Positions 54,000 through 59,095 of a stretch of DNA of 59,095 nt are shown piece by piece (within the stretch, counting starts at the first letter, position 1; each line of letters opens with the position of its first letter). The stretch comes from Welwitschia mirabilis (taxonomy: Eukaryota), in the NCBI GenBank assembly GCA_051453625.1, contig JBOZIK010000001.1:7352069-7411163 (forward strand), written 5' to 3'. The translations under genes were made by a program, and so were the position numbers. The notes beneath the pieces are model-generated. The model did no database searches. It had not been told where the DNA came from and saw nothing but the letters and a program-made list of their open reading frames with translations.

Positions 54000-56900
54000 T
54001 GAACCATTGGCTAGAATACATAACAAAACTAAACCAATAATTCCCCTAAGCAAACTCTTCATGACTAGTTGAAACTGCAATGATTAAGTACCCCTTCATT
54101 CATATTCCAATTACTAATAGCGAATAGACTAGATTTTAAGTCTTCCATAATTTAGTTATTACACCATTTTTATGGCTTAGAATAATAAGATTCTTATCTA
54201 TACCTCAAGAAATTTGAATGTGTTCTATCTACCCTGCTTCAATACCCCAACATCTATGAAACCATTGGACTCATCCTTTTCTTGTTCTCCCTTAAGTAAA
54301 AAGCTAAATCTTGGTTTTATACCCTTCATACTATATCTGTTACAACCTTATCTAATTTAAACAAAGAATTCATCTTAAGATTATTTCTAAATCATAAAAC
54401 AAGTACTTTAAAATGAGATATTATGACCTATAGATAAAATAATTATGAAACTTTCTCATAAGCCTTAGAAAGATTTAAGAACTTGCTTTAAAAATTCCTC
54501 CAACATGGATTTAAGCCAGGTAGAAAAATTAATTTCTTTTATGATAAATTATTAATCAACAATAGCCAATTAGTTAAGATGATAACTAGAGTAGCTTCCT
54601 TAGTCTTACACTAGATGAAGTTTAGAATTACCTAAAAACTATAGTCAAAAGATCTAAGAGCAGGAAGAAACAAAATAAACCACCTAGATCCTAGCCATTC
54701 ATTAGATCCAGTAGTACTTTTAGAGTCCCAGAAAAGTTGATATCAATAACTAAATAGATAAATCCTCAAGAAGAGTAGAATTCATTTTCACCTTATCCAA
54801 ATCATTGACCTCCATGCCTCTTGAGTATCCTTCTATACCCATCTTTTAAAATATTATAAACAAACAAGTCAACATTATAAGACACTAGTGGTAGAATAGT
54901 GAAAATAACTTATATTTGAATACTTATAGCCTCAGGTAAAGGAACCATCCAACTTTACTTGGTTATAAAACAATTTATATAATCAAAATCATTTTAGTCA
55001 ATTAAGAAATCCATTTTCATCATCATTATATCACCAACAAACTTATTCATCTACTCCATTGGAGGGATCATTAAGAAAAATTATGGAAACTGAAAAACAA
55101 ATTATTCATGATCATGAAGAGACTCTTAATCAATATTCCTTCTTTTTAATAAATAATGAATAGAATCTCCAAAAATTTTAGTATGCCTAAATCTATATTA
55201 TCTCCTCTTTAAATTAAAGAGAACCTAGTAAATTCTCCACCAGTGCATAACCAAACCCAAAATAATTTAGATTACATAGGGATTAGAGTCTAACCAAATC
55301 AAAAAAACTAGGGTTATTCATCATGAGAAAGAGTACTACTAATAAATTTGTGTAAAATTCCATTGAAGAATAACCAATACTCATAGAAAACTCTAAGAAG
55401 GATGAAGCATTAGAAGGGCCTTTGCTTATTTATCAATCATCTCTGTTCTTTCCACAACAACTTAGGAAGGAGAACATTGAAAAAAAATAGAATACTTAGA
55501 GGTTTTCAAAGAGGTCAAAATCAAAATTCCACTACTAGATGTGATTAAACAAATCCCCTCTTATGCTAAATTCCTAAAAGACATGTTTACAATTACAAGA
55601 AAGATGCATTTTTTTAAAAAAGACTTTTTATCCCAACAAATAAGTGCAATCATATAAGATCAAATTCCTCTAAAGTAAAAAGATTCTGATTGCCCTATAA
55701 TCACTATTATAATTAGAGCTAATTGTCTTAAGCAAGTCTTATTAGATCTAGGATTAAGCATGAAACTTTTACCCCACNNNNNNNNNNNNNNNNNNNNNNN
55801 NNNNNNNNNNNNNNNNNNNNNNNNNNNNNNNNNNNNNNNNNNNNNNNNNNNNNNNNNNNNNNNNNNNNNNNNNNNNNAGAAAGAAACAAAATGAACCACC
55901 TAGATCCTAGCCGTTCGTTAGATCCAGTATTACGTTTAGAGTGCCAAAAAAGTTGGTATCAATAACCAAATAGATAAATCCTCAAGAAGAGTAGAATTCA
56001 TTTTTACCTTATTCAAACCATTGACCTTCATGCCTCTTAAGTATCCTCCTATATCCATCTTTTAAAATATTATAAACAAATAAGTCAACATTATAAGACA
56101 CTAGTGCTGGAATAGTGAAAATGAATTATATCTGAATACTTATAGCCCCAGGTAAAGGAACCATCCAACTTTAGTTGGTTATAAAACAATTTATATAATC
56201 AGAATCATGTTAGTCAATTAAGAAATCCATTTTCATCATCATTATACCACCAATAAACTTCTTCATCTACTTCATTAGAAGAATCATTAAGAAAAATTAT
56301 AAAAACCAAAAACCAAATTATCCATAATCATAAATAGACTCTTAAGAAATATTCCTTCTTTTTAATAAATAATGAATAGAATCTCCAACAATTTTAGTAT
56401 GCCTAAATCTACATTATCTCCTCTTTAAATTAAAGAGAACCTAGTTAACTATTCACCAGTGCATAACCAAATCCAAAATAATTTAGATTACATAGGGATT
56501 AGAGTCTAACCAGATCAAAGAAACTAGGGTTATTCATCATGAGAAAAAATTAAGTAATAAATTTGTGTAAAATGCCATTAAAGAAGAACCAATACCCATA
56601 GAGAACTCTAAGAAGGATGAAGAATTAGAAGGATCTTTACTTATTTACCAATCAGCTTTGTCCTTTCCACAACAACTTAGGAAAGAAAAAATTAAAAGAA
56701 AATAGAGGCCTTAGAGGTTTTCAAAGAGGTAAAATCAAAATTCTAGTATTAGATGTGATTAAACAAATCCCCTCTTATGCTAAATTCCTGAAAGACATGT
56801 TTACAATTATGAGGAAGATGCATGTTTTAAAAAAAGACTTTTTAGCCCAACAAATAAGTGCAATCATATAAGATCAAATTCCTCTAAAGTGAAAAGATTT

Positions 56901-57300
56901 AATTTCCCTATAATCACTATTACAATTAGAGCTAAATGTCTTAAGCAAGCCTTATTAGATCTAGGATTAAGCATGAAACTTTTACCCCACTTGGTTTATA
57001 AGGAACTTAGTCTTAGGAATCTTAAAAAGATAAAAATCCAATTGCATTTAGTAATTAACTCTTTGAAATGATTGTTAGGAATTATTGAAGATATAATTAT
57101 TTAAATAATTAATTGCTACTTTCTACTAGAATTCATTATGTTAGAAATGAACTCAATGAAGTATAATTTAGTTTCAGTTATTTTTGGTAGATCTTTTTTT
57201 AGTAATGTCAAACACTCTTATTAACTGCATAAATAGTCTTATGCAATTTTTTTAAGTAACATGAAAATGAATCTAAATTTTTCAATATTGTGAATTACCA
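54000..57300 (+). pseudogene. Athila gag and aspartic protease, decayed (54664-55777 duplicated at 55878-56990)
   Basis: FYGL...DSYLYLKKFECV, LILFLFSLK*KAKSWF, ETFS*ALERFKNLL...QHG, LEVFKEVKIKIPLLDVIKQIPSYAKFLKD, ALLDLGLSMKLLP. Confidence 0.88.
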
Positions 57301-58563
57301 AGGGATAATAGTAATGCTGATTTTGTTTATGAAGTGCATGATCTTGATCCTTCTCTTATTAAATAAAACACTTATTCTTCTCATAATGATTTAGATTCTT
57401 TAGATTCAAATTTTAAAGACTTATTNNNNNNNNNNNNNNNNNNNNNNNNNNNNNNNNNNNNNNNNNNNNNNNNNNNNNNNNNNNNNNNNNNNNNNNNNNN
57501 NNNNNNNNNNNNNNNNNNNNNNNNNAATTTTGTTTATGAAGTGAATGATCTTGATCCTTCTCTTGTTAAATCAAACACTTATTCTTCTCATAATGATTTA
57601 GATGCTTTGGACTCAAATTTTAAAGATTTATTAAAAAAATCATAGAAATGCAATAGAATGGATCACAACTGATTTTGAATATTTAAACTCTTCTTTTTAT
57701 ACTCCTCATTCTCTTCAAAGTTTTTACAAATGTGTGTAGAGTCGTCCCTTTAAAATGTCATTTACCTACTTCATTTTTGAATAATTAAGGTTTTGAGCAT
57801 TACAACCATAATATTCTTGAACATTTCATTTTGTGTCCCTTTAAAAGACCTCCTTATGATGGCACTTACTAAAGTGCAACCAATTCATTAATACCTAAAG
57901 GACATTTTACTTACTAATGATCATAACCACCATTACTCATCCAAGCCATTTTACTCATCCGCTATACTTTCAGATCACCTCATTAATCACAACAACCATT
58001 TATCCTTACCATCCGTCCATGAGTTCCTAAGACTTAACAATCTTGATTGATGGTTCTTAATAGTAAATGATCTCCTTGTTAGTATTAACTAGGTAGAATT
58101 TAAGTTTATTTATATTTTTCAAGAAAAGGTTTTACTTGTTCTTAAGTTATCTTGTCCAGGTTAGAATTACTTAAGATCTTGAAATTTGGAAAATATGGTT
58201 TAAAAAGGTAAAATATACCTTTATATTATATTCTTTATTTTCAATCAGTTTATGGGGAGAAGATTTTTCTTGATTAGGTTAATGAGCTAATGACCCCCTT
58301 TTATGTGCATAAAAATACTGAATATAAAAAGTAGAAATCAAAAGAAAAATAAAATATTTCTTCTTGGAATAAAATCAACTTACATTTTTAATCAATTAAA
58401 ATTAGATTTAGTTAATTGTATTAGGGCTAGGGATTCTCAATGATAATGAAACTCTAATGATATATTTATGACATGTTCACTTGTAGCAAGGGTATAGATA
58501 CTTGTCAGTAATGCAGCAGCACTAACTTCTCCATGAAATAACATGCTTAATTATATAGGAAAA

Positions 58564-59048
58564 AAATGTCATAACACTAGATGCTTGATTTGATATAAAT
58601 TATAAAAAAAGTAAATATGTATAATTATAGAAAAGGTAAATATTAAAAATAAAATATAAGATATAAAACTACCTATGTGGTTGCTTTCTTGAACTTAAAT
58701 AGTTAAAAATTTTCTTAACCAAGTTTTGGTTTTTTATAGGTTTATTTAGAGGATNNNNNNNNNNTTACAATATGATTAACTACATTATGGCTATAGAAAC
58801 TCTCTGACAATGTGTTATTGATTTCTTTACAAAACAACACACTTAATTTGTTAGAAGAAAATGTCATAACACTAGATTCTTAATTTGATCCAAATGCCTA
58901 AAAGAAGAAATAAGTTTGATTATGGAAATGATAAAAATTAGAAAGAAAATGTGAGATTTGGAGCTACTTATGTGATTACTTTCTTTAACTTGTGTACTTG
59001 AAAATTTTCCTACTAATCTTTAGATTTTTATAGGATTACTTAAACGAT
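58564..59048 (+). repeat. Diverged direct repeat (~295-bp period) in Athila 3' non-coding region
   Basis: aaaatgtcataacactagat...tttttatagg at 58564-58754 and 58858-59048. Confidence 0.7.
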
Positions 59049-59095
59049 ATTTTGTTTCATTGACATTATGATCCATTTAAGTAAAAATAGAATTT

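Larger units (their letters stand above)
50400..59095 (+). mobile_element. Athila-type Ty3/gypsy element: 5' LTR to 52861, PBS, gag-protease, non-coding 3' region running off the window
   Basis: LTR end GCTGAACA then decayed PBS TGGCATCATTACTAGCGA (52867-52884); Athila gag/PR motifs. Left boundary is uncertain. Confidence 0.7.

Noticed and set aside
1258..55899. Long ORFs consisting mostly of X (e.g. 14075-14725, 20618-21560, 27371-27975)
   Set aside because: Artefacts of translating N gaps.

Overview
AT-rich, gene-free plant nuclear DNA made almost entirely of old, nested and heavily C>T/G>A-decayed retroelements, in a gappy draft assembly. No intact host gene, RNA gene or intact TE ORF is supported. 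Reconstructed nest: a Ty1/copia element (gag ~2.3-3.5 kb; PR/RT/RH 25.4-28.3 kb) is split by a ~22 kb Tat/Ogre-type Ty3/gypsy element (3468-25428; tRNA-Asn PBS; gag-PR visible but no RT). That element carries (i) a 3-LTR tandem TRIM in its 5' LTR, (ii) a ~2 kb GC-richer unidentified antisense coding remnant in gag, (iii) a pol-less Athila-type element with an AGAAC TSD in gag and (iv) a foreign LTR end terminating exactly at an 18-nt PBS in its 3' LTR. Downstream lie a LINE 3' end of RTEX/CR1-group type, Tat gag-PR and RT remnants, an internally deleted CRM chromovirus element and an Athila gag-PR element whose LTR holds an insertion assembled as both filled and empty versions. Many N gaps are flanked by diverged duplicates (about 9% in the one pair I counted), most likely co-assembled haplotypes/homeologs. 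The best candidate for something new is the unidentified insert at 8449-10445. All family assignments come from motif recognition by eye, not database searches.
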